Assembly (NCBI GenBank): GCA_951406725.2
Contig: OX597815.1
Coordinates: 32,922,001 to 32,986,000, forward strand
Length of the DNA stretch: 64,000 nucleotides
Direction: 5' to 3'
Source of the DNA: Octopus vulgaris
Lineage: Eukaryota
Part shown: positions 1 to 12,733 of the stretch, piece after piece
Layout of the letters: each line of letters starts with the position of its first letter
Position numbering within the stretch: the stretch's first letter is position 1
Notes under the pieces: generated by a model
What the model saw: only the letters and a program-made list of their open reading frames with translations
What the model was told of the DNA's origin: nothing
Databases searched by the model: none
Made by a program: the position numbers and the translations under genes

Positions 1-178
1 TTGTACCTGTATTTCAAGGGGCCGGCCTTGTCACGCTGAATATCCCCGAGAACTACGTTAAGAGTGCACGTGTCTGTGGAGTGCTCAGCCACTTACACGT
101 TAATTTCACGAGCAGGCTGTTCCGTTGATTCGGATCAACCGGAACCCTCATCGTCGTAACCGACGGAGTGCTTCCATT
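1..178 (+). mobile_element. 3' part of tRNA-derived SINE (same family as 53451-53838)
   Basis: Near-identical reverse complement of 53457-53643. Confidence 0.85.
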
Positions 179-615
179 CCAGAATTAATAATGATAGTTG
201 TTTCACTAAATTTGGAATTAGTTTTGAAATTAATTTAAATTAAATCAACAGAAATATTATAACGAAAAGGTTTAATATACTGCACGTCATTTCAGAATTG
301 ACAAATACTAAGCTATGGCAGGAGTTGTCTACCTTGCACCATTTTTTTTCATTTTCTTTTTCTGCGTTTAAATTCTCTTGGTTAAGTTGGTATTAACATA
401 GTTAATAGCCGGTGAGAAATATATTTGCTGTGAGAGCTAAAAATGATATTGGTCAATGAGTAATATTATTTTCATGTATAGTGCTTTAAACTACGTGAGA
501 AGTGTTTGGGCACTCTGTATCAAGGACGTGAGAAGTGTTTGGGCGTTCTGTATCAAGGACTATACATTGCATACCATTTCATTCCTGTTTTTATTATTTT
601 TTTGGAAGGTAGTTG

Positions 616-848
616 AGTACTACTTAAGAAGGTGACCCCGGTGCGCGCACTCGCACATCCGCGCTAGCTAGTCGTGACTAATCGATCCTTACTTTGTGTT
701 TCATTTACTTTGTTTTAAAAAATTATTTACTTTGTGCTTTTGTGTTTTATTTACTTTGCTAGGTAGTCGTTGTAGGATCGACTAGCTATAGCGCGGATGC
801 GCGAGTACGCGAGTGCGCGCACTGGGAACACTCTTCTCAAGTAGTACC
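616..848. mobile_element. Mutator-like MITE
   Basis: Long imperfect CpG-rich TIRs (gtactacttaagaag.../...cttctcaagtagtac) with 9-bp flanking duplication aggtagttg (607-615) / aggtagctg (849-857). Confidence 0.7.
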
Positions 849-1527
849 AGGTAGCTGAATGTAACTTTCTAGGAAGTTGATTGCCCATGTAAAGGTCTCC
901 TTCCTCTTAGCCAAACATGTTTTTGCTTAATGTTGGAAACGAATGACATTCATTTGCAACACAACAACCACACACCTAGTATCAAGGCAAGGAGACACAA
1001 ACAATCACACTTGCATTCACACACCCATACACTCACACACGATGTGCTTCTTTAAGTTTCTACTTACCAAATCCAGCCCAAGTCTATAGTGAAAGTCACT
1101 TGACTAAATTGTCATGCACTGGGACTGAACCTGAAACCATTTGGTGGAGAAGCAAAGTTCTTACCACACAGCCATGTCTGTATCTATATTTTATGGTTGG
1201 CAATTAGATCCTCCAGCTATGAATACTCCAGTCATTTTTTTAGTCAGGAGGGAAAGTATTGCCTATAGCCTTTTATAGGGTTTCTGAGACTGATGTGAAT
1301 AATAGGGAGAAGAGTGTCCTCAAACTGGAAACTTAATTTAAATGTTTACAATAGATAAACTCTGCTAAAAGCATCTAGTATGTCAAGTGTATGTGGTGGG
1401 ATTTGAACTCATGAAGTAAGGAGTTGTAAGAAATACCACAAGGTGTCTGATACAACTGTTTTTCTAATTCACTCCTTTGGATTGATCTTGAAAGGATGAA
1501 AGGCTAAGTTGAAGACAGCAAGATTTG

Positions 1528-2426
1528 TCTACCTGACAATGTACTTTTGTGTGATATCTTCCTCTGTCCCAGAAATAACCTCACCTGCTATTCAACTAAA
1601 ATTTTAGCTTCCATATTTTTATTTAGATCAAGAATTTTTATCTTAAATTATTCAGTGTGCTTGGCAACACTGGATTTTAGCCCCCAAGGTAATCACCTAC
1701 TTTCTCTAGTGTGTAGTACCAGCCTTGACACCAACACTTGAGTAGTGCTTACTTTAGTAACATCAGATTCACAAAATCCAAATTAAAGCTATAAAGATTT
1801 GAACATACAATGTAAACAAAATATAACTAAATACTGTTAGGAAAATACATCTTCTCAAAATAGTCACAACAACAGTGTTACATTGGTGAGTTTTAGGATT
1901 AGCATATATCCATCTTCCTATCCAATAAATCTTGTTAACTCAGGATTTATGTACCCTATATGCTGAGGCTTATTCTGTAAGTAAAAACATTTTTTCTGCC
2001 AAAATTTAAAGATTTTACAAGTGAGAGGTGTTGGTTATTTTAATCCATCAATGTTGGAGAGTTATTAATGATTATAGCCCACCATCGTTAGTCTCTTTGA
2101 CCAAGACCTTTATTTTACATGCCCAAATTTTGGATTGCATTCAATGAGAATCAACCACCAAACCTTCACTTACAGATATTTATCGGTTACTTGACTTATC
2201 CATGTTCATATTATGTTCTCCAAATCTCTATTTTTTTTCACAACTACATTTTATAAACCATATACTATCATTTTCATTTTATAAACCATAAACTATCCCT
2301 TCCTGAACTCACATGGCTCATCAATCCCTGCTCCCTCCCCCAAAACCATGTCTCTACATTAATCACTTTTTTGTAACCCTTTAGGTATATGAATTAATGT
2401 TTGACCATGTCACCTTAACTTCAAAA
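1528..2426 (-). repeat. Inverted copy of 5709-6589, flanked by a ~160-bp direct duplication
   Basis: Reverse-complement match along its length; ORFs 1547+ and 6454- share the PRNNLTCYSTK peptide. Confidence 0.92.
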
Positions 2427-2508
2427 GCATCTAGTATGTCAAGTGTAGGTGGTAGGATTTGAACTCATGAAGTAAGGAGTTGTAAGAAATACCACAAGAT
2501 GTCTGATA

Positions 2509-3045
2509 ATAATAATAATAATAATAATGAAATTATTGTATACAATGCTCAGGTGCACCACAACTTGTCAGAAAGTGCATATAAAGTACATGCAGTAATG
2601 TAGAAATGTCTGGAAAGCGAACAATGTATGAGTCAGATACATGCTTGTGTGTGTATGGAGGGGAGAAAATCAAGTGTAGTGTTGGCGAATCTCAGGAAGC
2701 ATGGAAGTTTTGAAGGATGCAGTGCTCCGACAACTAACAACCGATGCCGGCAGTTTGTTCCATGCTTCAGCAACTCTCAGCGTGAAAAAATGTTTCCTGA
2801 AGTCATGGGAGCTGTGCTGTTTTCTTACTTTGTAAATATGTCCACGGGTGTTAGATGGGTGGAGTTTGAAGAGGTGCTCAGAGTTATTGTTTGTGCGATG
2901 GTTGATAATTTTATGGGTGTCTGCCAAGTCAGCTGCCAGACGTCGGAGTTTCAATGTGTCAATGCCCAGGGAAGTAAGGCATTCAAGATATGGCAAATGC
3001 CTGATGGAGGGTATTCTTTTGGTTGCACGTCGCTGAACAGCTTCC
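2509..3045 (-). mobile_element. 5'-truncated CR1-clade LINE 3' end with (TTA)n tail and 12-bp TSD
   Basis: Peptides LEAVQRRATKRIP and TRGHIYKV..RKHFFTLRVAEAWNKLP (CR1 ORF2 C-terminus); TSD agatgtctgata at 2497-2508 and 3046-3057. Confidence 0.9.
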
Positions 3046-4290
3046 AGATGTCTGATACAACTGTTTTTCTAATTCACTGCTTTGGATTGATCTTGAAAAG
3101 ATGAAAAGCTAAGTTGAAGACAGCAAGATTTGAACTAAGTGCAGAGAGTCAGGACAAACATGATTAATTAATGATTACTTTTTTTCAGAATCATTCATGT
3201 CATGAGAAAAATGGAAGTAAACAGAAAAAGAACTTTCAGATTAAAAAGAGATCAAATGTTAATCCATCCATCTTCTCCTGGGAGGTCTGTGAGTGTAAAG
3301 TCCTCAGGCACCTTCTCCAAAGGGTCTTATTAGATGCAACCATTATTACCATTTCTGGTTGAATTTCCAAGCATGATCTGCTGAGACTATAGTTATTATC
3401 CAACCATCTCATCCTTGGTCTACCACTATGTCTCTTGTCCTTTGGCTCAGCTTGAAGAATCTGCCTTGCGATTTTTTTCTTGTGTCATTTTAATCATGTA
3501 TTTGTCGTACCAGAGCTGTGACCTCTTGGTGGGATGACGTCAGCAGCTGGGGAACTGACCGGAACTTGGGGCTGACCGGAAGAGGAAGGGGCAGGAGTGA
3601 CGCATGCAGGCAGGGCAGCATTGGGCTTTTTCGATCGAGATAGCCGAGCGAGTCAGATGTGTGAACTCGTTAAGGTAAGGGAAAAACAGCTGCTATTTCT
3701 AGTGTTCAGGTCGGGCTGCGTGGAAGGGTGTGTTACCACTGGGGAGGTCTCTATCAATGAAGAGAAGGTAGGTGTCCTTATTTCAAATCTCCTGCATTCA
3801 CCACAAATATGGAGAAGTAGTGATTTGATCTGTAGGGGCTCCTTGATCTTCAAATTATGCATCCTGTTGAGTAAGGTTATTTTGAATAAGATCAAATGTG
3901 ATTATATCAAATTTAGCAAAGTGGTTGTTGACATGGATTGCTGCAGAATCAGAAAAATGTGATTAGGGAAAACTGCGAATATTTTAGAGCATTCAGGTAT
4001 GCTAAGAAAATTAATAGCATATCTGAATACCCAAGTAAACATAGTCTCTCCATGCTTTTCTAGTTGGGATGTTAAAATGACTGGACAGGTTAATAGAGTC
4101 TGGAAGAAACAAGAGAAAGGTATTAAAAATAGTGAAAGATTTTCTAAAACCTTCAGTCAGTGTCAGTTAAAAAGTTAGTTCTGCTATAAACTTATTTCAA
4201 TTTATTGCACGCATTTCTTTCTACCATTTGAAACTAGCTATTTTTGAGATGGGTAAACTATTTTCAACACTTTCTGTTGGCAAAGCAATT

Positions 4291-4505
4291 ACTCTTTCAC
4301 TCTTTTACTTGTTTCAGTCATTTGACTGTGGCCATACTGGAGCACCACCTTTAGTCGAGCAAATCGACCCCAGGACTTATTCTTTGTAAGCCTAGTACTT
4401 ATTCTATCAGTCTCTTTTGCCAAACCGCTAAGTTACGAGGATGTAAACACACCAGCATCGGTTACCAAGCGATGTTGGGGAGGACAAACACAGACACACA
4501 AACAT

Positions 4506-4562
<57 letters not shown>

Positions 4563-4727
4563 TACGACAGGCTTCTTTCAGTTTCCGTCTACCAAATCCA
4601 CTCACAAGGCTTTGGTCTGCCCAAGGCTATAGAAGAAGACACTTGCCCAAGGTGCCATGCAGTGAGACTGAACCTGGAACCGTGTGGTTCGTAAGCAATC
4701 TACTTACCACACAGCCACTCCTATGCC
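4291..4727 (-). mobile_element. tRNA-derived SINE with internal (CA)n/(TA)n (family A)
   Basis: Minus-strand head with A box tggctgtgtgg and B box ggttcagtctc; (agagtaaa)-like tail; many copies in window. Confidence 0.88.
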
Positions 4728-5488
4728 TCTGCAGTTTGTAAGGTAATTATACTATTTTCCACTTAAATATTTATTGATATACAAGAATTGTGACATACAA
4801 AAGAAGCCATGCAAACATTCCTTATCATTGAAACTTATCATTTACCACTTTGTCTATGTATGAGGAAGATTTGTCTCGGATGTTTCACTAAAATGTTACA
4901 TTAATATCATAGACAAAATTATTGGGAAAATAATGTCTTTTGGCATTCATCATCTGTCAAAAATTTTACTGACATATACATATTCACAAATGTGGGACTT
5001 TTTATGGGCTTACACAACCTGCTAGAAATTAATCAGAAAGACATGTCATAATGATGAATGTAGAACCTTGGTTAGGAACATTGTTTATGGAGAAGTCATC
5101 TAAGTAAATGTAAGGATTATACAATGTATATACACAGTTTGCAGAATAAGGAATGAAATATTTCTAAATGAACACTTTTAGTTAAACAATACTAAAATAT
5201 TATTTATTAAATCTTTGTTGGGAACAACAACCTAAATATTAATGATTTACCCAATTAAAAATGATAAAATAGCATCTATTTTTCTGAAAGTGAAAACAAA
5301 GGTAAACTTTCTAATTTTCTAATTCTTTTGAAGACACTTTGTACTTAAATTGAATAAATTTTATATTAAAATAGCATTTTAAATGGAAAAATAATTTAAT
5401 TTTTTCATTTTATCCTCTTACTATCAGCAAAATGATGTTAGACTTAGAAGAAGGAATAACTCTTTAAATGATTCTGATTGTTTCATTT

Positions 5489-5647
5489 GAGTGGTTGGCG
5501 TTAGGAAGGGCATCCAGCCGTAGAAACACTGCCAGATTTGACTGGGCCTGATGAAGCTTTCTCGCTTCACAGACCCCAGTAGAACCGTCCAACCTATGCT
5601 AGCATGGAAAACGAACGCTAAACGATGATGATGATGATGATGATGAT
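5489..5647 (+). mobile_element. RTE 3'-end fragment with (GAT)n tail
   Basis: Same as 3' end of RTE at 9999-10140; further copies near 19140-19287, 22080-22262, 22410-22525 (minus) and 23300-23470. Confidence 0.8.
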
Positions 5648-6789
5648 ATAAAAATTCAATTTCAACATATTAATTTCAAGAACTTTACTTATATTATAAT
5701 AATTCTTTTTTTGAAGTTAAGGTGACATGGTCAAACATTAATTCATATACCTAAAGGGTTACAAAAAAGTGATTAATGTAGAGAAAAAAGTGTGACATAG
5801 TTTTGGGGGTGGGAGCAGGGATTAATGAGCCAAGTGAGTTCAGGAAGGGATAGTTTATGGTTTATAAAATGAAAATGATAGTATATGGTTTATAAAATGT
5901 AGTTGTGAAAAAAAAATATAGATTTGGAGAACATAATATGAACATGGATAAGTCAAGTAACCAATAAATGTCTCTAAGTGAAGGTTTGATGGCTGATTCT
6001 CAATGAATGCAATCCAAAATCTGGGCATGTAAAATAAAGGTCTTGGTCAAAGAGACTAACGATGGTGGGCTATAATCATTAATAACTCTCCAACATTGAT
6101 GGATTAAAATAACCAACACCTCTCACTTGTAATATCTTTAAATTTTGGCAGAAAAAATGTTTTTACTTACAGACCAAGCCTCAGCATAAAGGGTACATAA
6201 ACCCTGAGTTAACAAGATTTATTGGATAGGAAGATGGATATATGCTAATCCTAAAACTCACCAATGTAACACTGTTGTTGTGACTATTTTGAGAAGATGT
6301 ATTTTCCTAACAGTATTTAGTTATATTTTGTTTACATTGTATTTCAAAATTTTATGGCTTTACTTTTGATTGTGTGAATCTGGTGTTACTAAAATAAGCA
6401 CTACTCAAGTGTTGGTGTCAAGGCTGGCACTAAGCACTAGAGAAAGTAGGTGATTACCTTGGGTGCACAGTTAAAATAAAAATTCTTGATCTAAATAAAA
6501 ATATGGAAGCTAAAAGTTTAGTTGAATAGCAGGTGAGATTATTTCTGGGACAGAGGTAGATATCACACAAAAGTTCATTGTCAGGTAGATAGGAAGGCCA
6601 TGTGGTGTCAATAATTTCCCCTGAAGTGTTAAAAATTTTACCTGATAACAGATTTACTTGGTGATACATATAAGCATAGAAATGTAAATTTCTTGTAAGT
6701 TAAAGGTCAATTATAATTTTGGGGGTTCATTTTTAAGCTGCAGTAAAATAGAGTGATGGTTGGAAGAAAATGTAGTAAAAGATTTGAGA

Positions 6790-7140
6790 AGGGGTACAAA
6801 ATGTAGGGCTGGGAAAAAGGGTCATACATTGTATGGCTGGGAGTAGCACACAGGGAAACTGAGTGAAGGGTATGCAATTATAAGGTAGTGATACAGGGGC
6901 ACATATTTTAGTGTTGGTAGAAGGGGATGCCCATTATAGGGCTGGCAGATGGTGATGCACATTGTATGGTGGGAAGAAGAGGGCACATATTGTAGGACTG
7001 AGAATAAGAGCTCATTGTAGGGCTGGGAGAAAGAGCACACATTGCAGGGCTGGAAGAAGGAGCACATATTATAAGGCTGGGAGAATGGGAGTGCTCATTG
7101 TAGGGCAGTAAGAAGAGGACACATATTGTAGAGTAGCTTT
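6790..7140. repeat. Degenerate ~30-bp minisatellite (cacattgtagggctgggagaaga-like)
   Basis: About 11 diverged tandem units. Confidence 0.75.
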
Positions 7141-7383
7141 GGGTGTTTAATACCTTGGCCATAATCTGTTCGACTATCTCTTTCCTCAAAATGTTAGAAA
7201 TCATTTTATTCTTACATAAATCGCAATGGCTATGATGCAGCAGTGCTAATCAACTGACGATATTTTTTTTCAAAGACTTAATCAGAAGCAAGACAGTACC
7301 TGGAACCTTTTCAAGGCCTCGAAGACTGACTGAAGGAATAGAAGAAATAGATACCTTGGACAAGTGTTTTCTCTATTGCTAAG

Positions 7384-7525
7384 TAACTGGTACTTATTTA
7401 ATTGACCCCGAAAGGATGAAAGGCAAAGACAATCTTGGCGGAATTTGAACTCAGAATGTAACGGCAGATGAAATACCGGTAAGCATTTCGCCTGACGTGC
7501 TAACGTTTCTGCCAGCTTGCCGCCA
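7384..7525 (-). mobile_element. tRNA-derived SINE (family B, gcctttcatcctttcggggtcgataaa core)
   Basis: Matches copies at 38885-39262, 44005-44238 and 54659-54870; B box gagttcaaattcc. Confidence 0.8.
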
Positions 7526-8309
7526 AGGTACTGTTCAGTGAGACTGAACCCCTTGCAAAGCAAGGACTTTAACCATATAGCCAATATATTCACAATTAAA
7601 ATTCAGATCATTCGAAGATATTATATTCCTGATGGCTCTTTATGTTCTGAGTTCAAATTACCAGTCAAATACTGGTTGTGCAATCAATTAATCCCCTCTT
7701 CCTAAAATTGCTGGTCTTGTGCACAAATTTGAAACTATTATGTTCTTGGACAAGGCACATAACTCTGCTAACTCCAGTTAGACTGTCAAGAAAGCTTATA
7801 TGCTTATTTCAGGTTGTGTGGTTAGAGAAGAGAATGCTCTCTTGATGTAAAAATATACTAGTCAAAAATAAGTAAATAAAAATTCTTTGCAACCATAGAA
7901 ACACTGATATAAAAAGCAGAAAGAAAAATAGCAGTAGTGCACTCTAACAAATTAATTAACATTTTAGCTGATACCAATTTCAAAGCCATTTGATTAAATC
8001 TCTTTCTTGAAATAGAAAAATATATATTTAATTATTCTATTTAGCATTGCTCTTTTGTCAAAACCATTGGCTGGGTTTTGCTAAGATTTCAGCATTCTGC
8101 AGTTTTAAACTTTATAGAACTAGGTCCCTGCAGACTTAATATTATGCCACCACCTGCTGGGCAACCTTTTTTACAAAGTAAGCTGAATGAGACATAGCTT
8201 ATCAACAGACAGGCAACCCTATTAAAAAAATTCAAGGTAATTTTTCATTAGGTAGGCATTGAAAAAGTCCCATGGGCTGTAGTTTGCATATGACTGGTTT
8301 AGAGAAAAT

Positions 8310-10142
8310 CATGGTGTTACCTGTTTCTCCTTTGACTAGAAGGTCACAGAGAGGGTCATAGCCCATCTCATTAGGGAGAGAGTCTGCTTAGATGAGATGC
8401 AGTTCGGTTTTGTGCCAGGTAGAAGCACCACTGATGCCATATTCCTGGTTCAACAACTGCGAGAGAAATATCTAGCCAAAGATAAACCCCTCTACTTAGC
8501 TTTTGTGGACTTGGAGAAAGCCTTTGACAGGGTCCCCTGATCCCCTATCTGGTGGGTGATGTGGAACTGGAGATTGACGAATGGTTAACAAGGGCTGTAC
8601 AGGCCTTATACAAAGAGGCTGTAAGGTTAGGATTGGCAATGAATATAGTGAAGAATTCCGGGTAGAAGTAGGGGGTCCAGCAAGGTTCAGCTCTCAGTTC
8701 CTTTTTATTCATCATAGTCCTCCAGGCAATAACAGAGGAATTCAAGGCGGGTTGCCCCTGGGAGCACCTCTATGCTGATGACCTGGCCTTCATAGCAGAA
8801 TCACCACCGGAACTAGAAAAGAAATTTTGGGTATGAAAGCTAAGTTTAGAATCAAAAGGCCTTAGAGTCAATAAAGCAAAGACCAAAGTTATAGTAAGTA
8901 GGAAGGCGAACTCATCACACAACTCCTCATGTAGGTGGTCCTGCTCAATCTGTAGAAAAGGTGTAGGTAGAAACTCCATAAGATGTACCCAGTGTAAGCT
9001 ATGGATGCATAAGAGGTGCAGCAACATCAAAGGAAAACTAACCAAGAAGATAGCTTTCATGTGCGGCAAATGCACAGGGGCAATAGATACCTCAGATACT
9101 CAGAAAACAGATTCCATCACACTCCAGGGGGAGAAACTAGAAGTAGTTGATAGTTTCCGCTACCTAGGTGACTAAGTTAGTAGTGGAGGTGGATGCTCAG
9201 AGAGTGTCACCACTAGAATAAGAATAGCCTGGGCAAAGTTTAGAAAGCTTCTACTCCTTCTTGTGACAAAGGGCCTCTCGCTCAGAGTGAAAGGTAGATT
9301 GTACGATGCATGTGTGCGAACTGCTATGCTACATGGCAGTGAAACATGGGCTGTGACTGCAGAGGACATGCGTAGGCTTGAAAGAAATGAAGCTCGCATG
9401 ATCCGATGGATGTGTAATGTCAGTGTGCACACACGACAGAGTGTAAGGGCTCTGAGAGAAATGCTGGATATAAGAAGCATCGGATGTGGCGTGCAAGAGA
9501 GACGTTTGCGCTGGTATGGTCATGTACTATGAATGGATGAGGAGAGATGTGTGAAGAAGTGCCACTCTCAAACAGTTGAAGGAATCTAGGGTAGAGGTAG
9601 ACCCAGGAAGACATGGGATGAGGTGGTCAAGCATGACCTTTGAATGTTGGGCCTCACAGAGGCAATGACGAAAGACCGTGACCTCTGGAGATATGCTGTG
9701 ACTGCGAAGACCTGACAACGTCAGTTCATGGTTTTTTCCTGCACCAGCTTTACATAGCAGCCCCAGCCCATCCAAAGTACCTTGGATCGCAGGATGGCCT
9801 GCTGGGCTTACCTTGGATCGTAGAGTGACCTACTGTGCATGAGGAGACCTATTGAGTCAAGTACATCAACATTAAAATAAATTGTAGTTGTGATACCTGT
9901 GCCGGTGGCACATAAAAAGCACCAACCGATCGTGGCCATTGCCAGCCTTCCCTGGCACCTGTGCGAGTGGCATGTAAAAAGCACCCACTACACTCGCGGA
10001 GTGGTTGGCCTTAGGAAGGGCATCCAGGTGTAGAAACACTGCCAGATCAGACTGGAGCCTGGTGCAGCCTCCTGGCTTCCCAGACCCCGGTTAAACCGTC
10101 CAACCCATGCTAGCATGGAAAACGGACGTTAAATGATGATAA
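8310..10142 (+). mobile_element. RTE-clade LINE, 5'-truncated, degenerate RT plus 3' UTR ending (GAT)n
   Basis: QFGFVPGRSTTDAIF, AFVDLEKAFDRVP, LYADDL, FRYLG, LHGSETW, RRLRWYGHV and GRGRPRKTW motifs with stops/frameshifts. Confidence 0.93.
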
Positions 10143-10158
10143 TATATGTATATATATA

Positions 10159-10202
<44 letters not shown>

Positions 10203-10422
10203 CATATATATAAATATATAGGTATAAGTTAGAGGTGTTTAAAACCTCTAAAGGATGGTTAAATCTAAAGGTGCTCCTGTTATTAGCTGCAACTACAACT
10301 GGTAAACAGAAACGATCATAAATGTACTATTACTACCACTTTTCTTTATCAATTAATTAAATTAATAGCTTACTAGCCCAAACGACTAACTTCTTCCTGT
10401 TATTTTTCCTCCATTTTCTTCT

Positions 10423-10454
<32 letters not shown>

Positions 10455-11229
10455 GCTCAGGAAGGCAGGGATGCTACTCCCTGAGACCCCTTTCGGATCC
10501 CTCCTACCTAACCATCCCTCACACATATATATATATATATTTACTCTACAACATCTTTCTGTTTAGTTTGATCCTTTGCCATCTCATCTTAAGCCATATT
10601 TTAATTTTGAAATTACTACTTCTCTTTTTGGTTTATTATGTTAGTTTCTACATTGGGTACCACTTCCTATCAAATTTCGGCTTGCAAAAGACAGGGAAAA
10701 GCCGATTTTTCACATGCGTTCTAACTAATTTTTCCACCGTCTAGACCTAAAAAAAAGCTCTTATTGTTGATTCCCTGTCCTGTTATTCTTTATTTGTACT
10801 GTTTTTTCTTCATTTGTATTGCTTTTACGTCCTGTTCTTGTCACTTGTTTTACCCCTCTGCAAAAGAATTTTACTTAATTCCTTTTGCAGGAAGGATTGC
10901 TTCGGTCTGGCCGTGTTCTGCCCTTACCTTCGAAACATGCATTGAGTCGAACCAGGGGCAGCTGATGAAGGGGAATTTTCCATGTATTGTTTGTCCGGTA
11001 CTCTGTTTTTTCGTTGTTTAAAAAATGTCCGTTTCCTTGTTTTTTCGTTGTTAAAAAAGTCCGTTTCCCTGTTTGATTTTATGTTTTCGTTTCTCGTTGT
11101 GTTCTACGTTTATTTGTGGTGTCCTGTACTCATATATATATATATGCATGTACATATACATGTAGATGTAAGTATGTACATATATGTATGTATATATGCA
11201 TATATTTTATTTATTTATTATATTGTTAG

Positions 11230-11316
<87 letters not shown>

Positions 11317-12664
11317 CTTATGGTATAAGAGTAAACTTTCTTAAATATATATATATATATTTTAGTTAGCTCCTGTAATTTATGAGATAACAAATGCTCA
11401 AGCAATTATAAGCAAACAAACGAGTTAAAAAGAGAAGCATCTAATTTCCTCTTGAAAATGTGATGCAAAAGGGATGAGGTGATGATAACTGAAGGGCAAG
11501 AAAATAAATTAATCTTTTAATTAGTGAGATATTCATAAAATTAGGGTAATAATAAATGCTATGAATTACTATTCATCTGTACTTTTGTGCTGTTGCATTT
11601 GCTCTAAATATAAATACTATTATCAACTTATTAAAATAAATATCGTGCAGTGAGTCACGTTGCTAAGCAATTTGGCCAGTCAGCTATGATGAATAAAAAA
11701 ATAGTCGAGATAATGGAAAGAAGAATGACATCTTGTCACTGGTTCTGGAGATGTCTCTTGCTAAGTAGAGAAAGAGAGAGAGAGAGAGAGAGATATGTGA
11801 AATGACGGTAAATTTGAGAGACTCAAAGATAGATAATGTTACTTGTATAATTAACTAGGAGAAAGACTAGAAATTATCTAGTGTGGGAAATAAAAAGAAC
11901 ATAAAGAGAAAAGATAGTGCTTTGAGAAAGAAAAATGAGAGGTAAAATAAGAGAAAAGTGAGATTGAGAATTACTATTAAGAAATAAAGAGACATCAAGG
12001 GAAGTTTATTAAAGAATCGAAAAGGAAACGGGAAACAATACGCGGGAAAAGGATAGTGATAAGAAACTTAGAAAAAAATAAAAAGACAAAAGGAATTGTT
12101 GTCGTCTTGGGAGGTCATTTCAACAAGAATTCAAATCAAGAATCTTGCAAATCAAATACAAAAACGAAGGTGGAAATTTGTAAAGAAGAAGGAAAATGGT
12201 TTGATTTAGAAAAAGAAGTGAGAATATTAAAAGAGGCGCGTATATATGATACAAAAGAAGATATTGATAAAGAGAATGTCACAAAAAATAAATCCGGAAA
12301 TAAAGAGATAAAGGTAACAGGGGGAGATAACTGCAACAAAACTACGAAGAGTGGAGCTTGTGTTGAGGAGTGAGTGAGAGAGAGAGGCCGCCTGCGTGAG
12401 TGATTGTTCAAATTGCTACATTCCTGACAGCAATTATATAGTTTGGCGGTTCAACTCTTTAACCGCTTAACTTAATTCTTAGTCACCCTGCCAAGGAAAG
12501 CAAGCCATCAACCTTTCCACTCACATATTCTCTTTTGTGGATGGGTGTCTTCCGTTACCAAGAGGACATATTTTAGTGCCATTTGGGGTTCTTTTGCGAA
12601 GAATATTTCTACATCTGTTTAAATCAAGACTAAATTACATCCTGTCTCGGAGATTGCAGTGACG

Positions 12665-12733
12665 ATGTTTTCATCATCGCCGCCCGAAGAAAGCACCATG
12701 CGTCGTTCACCTCATAATTACTTGGATTGTGAA
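12665..12733 (+). CDS. CNPPD1: CNPPD1 coding exon 1 (MFSSSPPEESTMRRSPHNYLDCE)
   Basis: ATG at 12665, 23 codons, GAA|gtaagt donor, phase 0 fits exon 2. Sequence is not conserved, so the start is inferred (a second in-frame ATG lies at 12698). Confidence 0.7.

Noticed and set aside
493-560. 33-bp tandem duplication
   Set aside because: Ordinary slippage duplication
6790-7140. CRISPR-like periodic repeat
   Set aside because: Eukaryotic degenerate minisatellite with no unique spacers and no cas genes
10921-10985. GAAAC...GTC...CTGATGAAGG as a type II hammerhead
   Set aside because: Stem I cannot pair and stem II is weak
12056-12411. Lys/Glu-rich ORF and antisense ORF near the promoter
   Set aside because: Compositional ORFs from a purine-rich tract, with non-ATG starts
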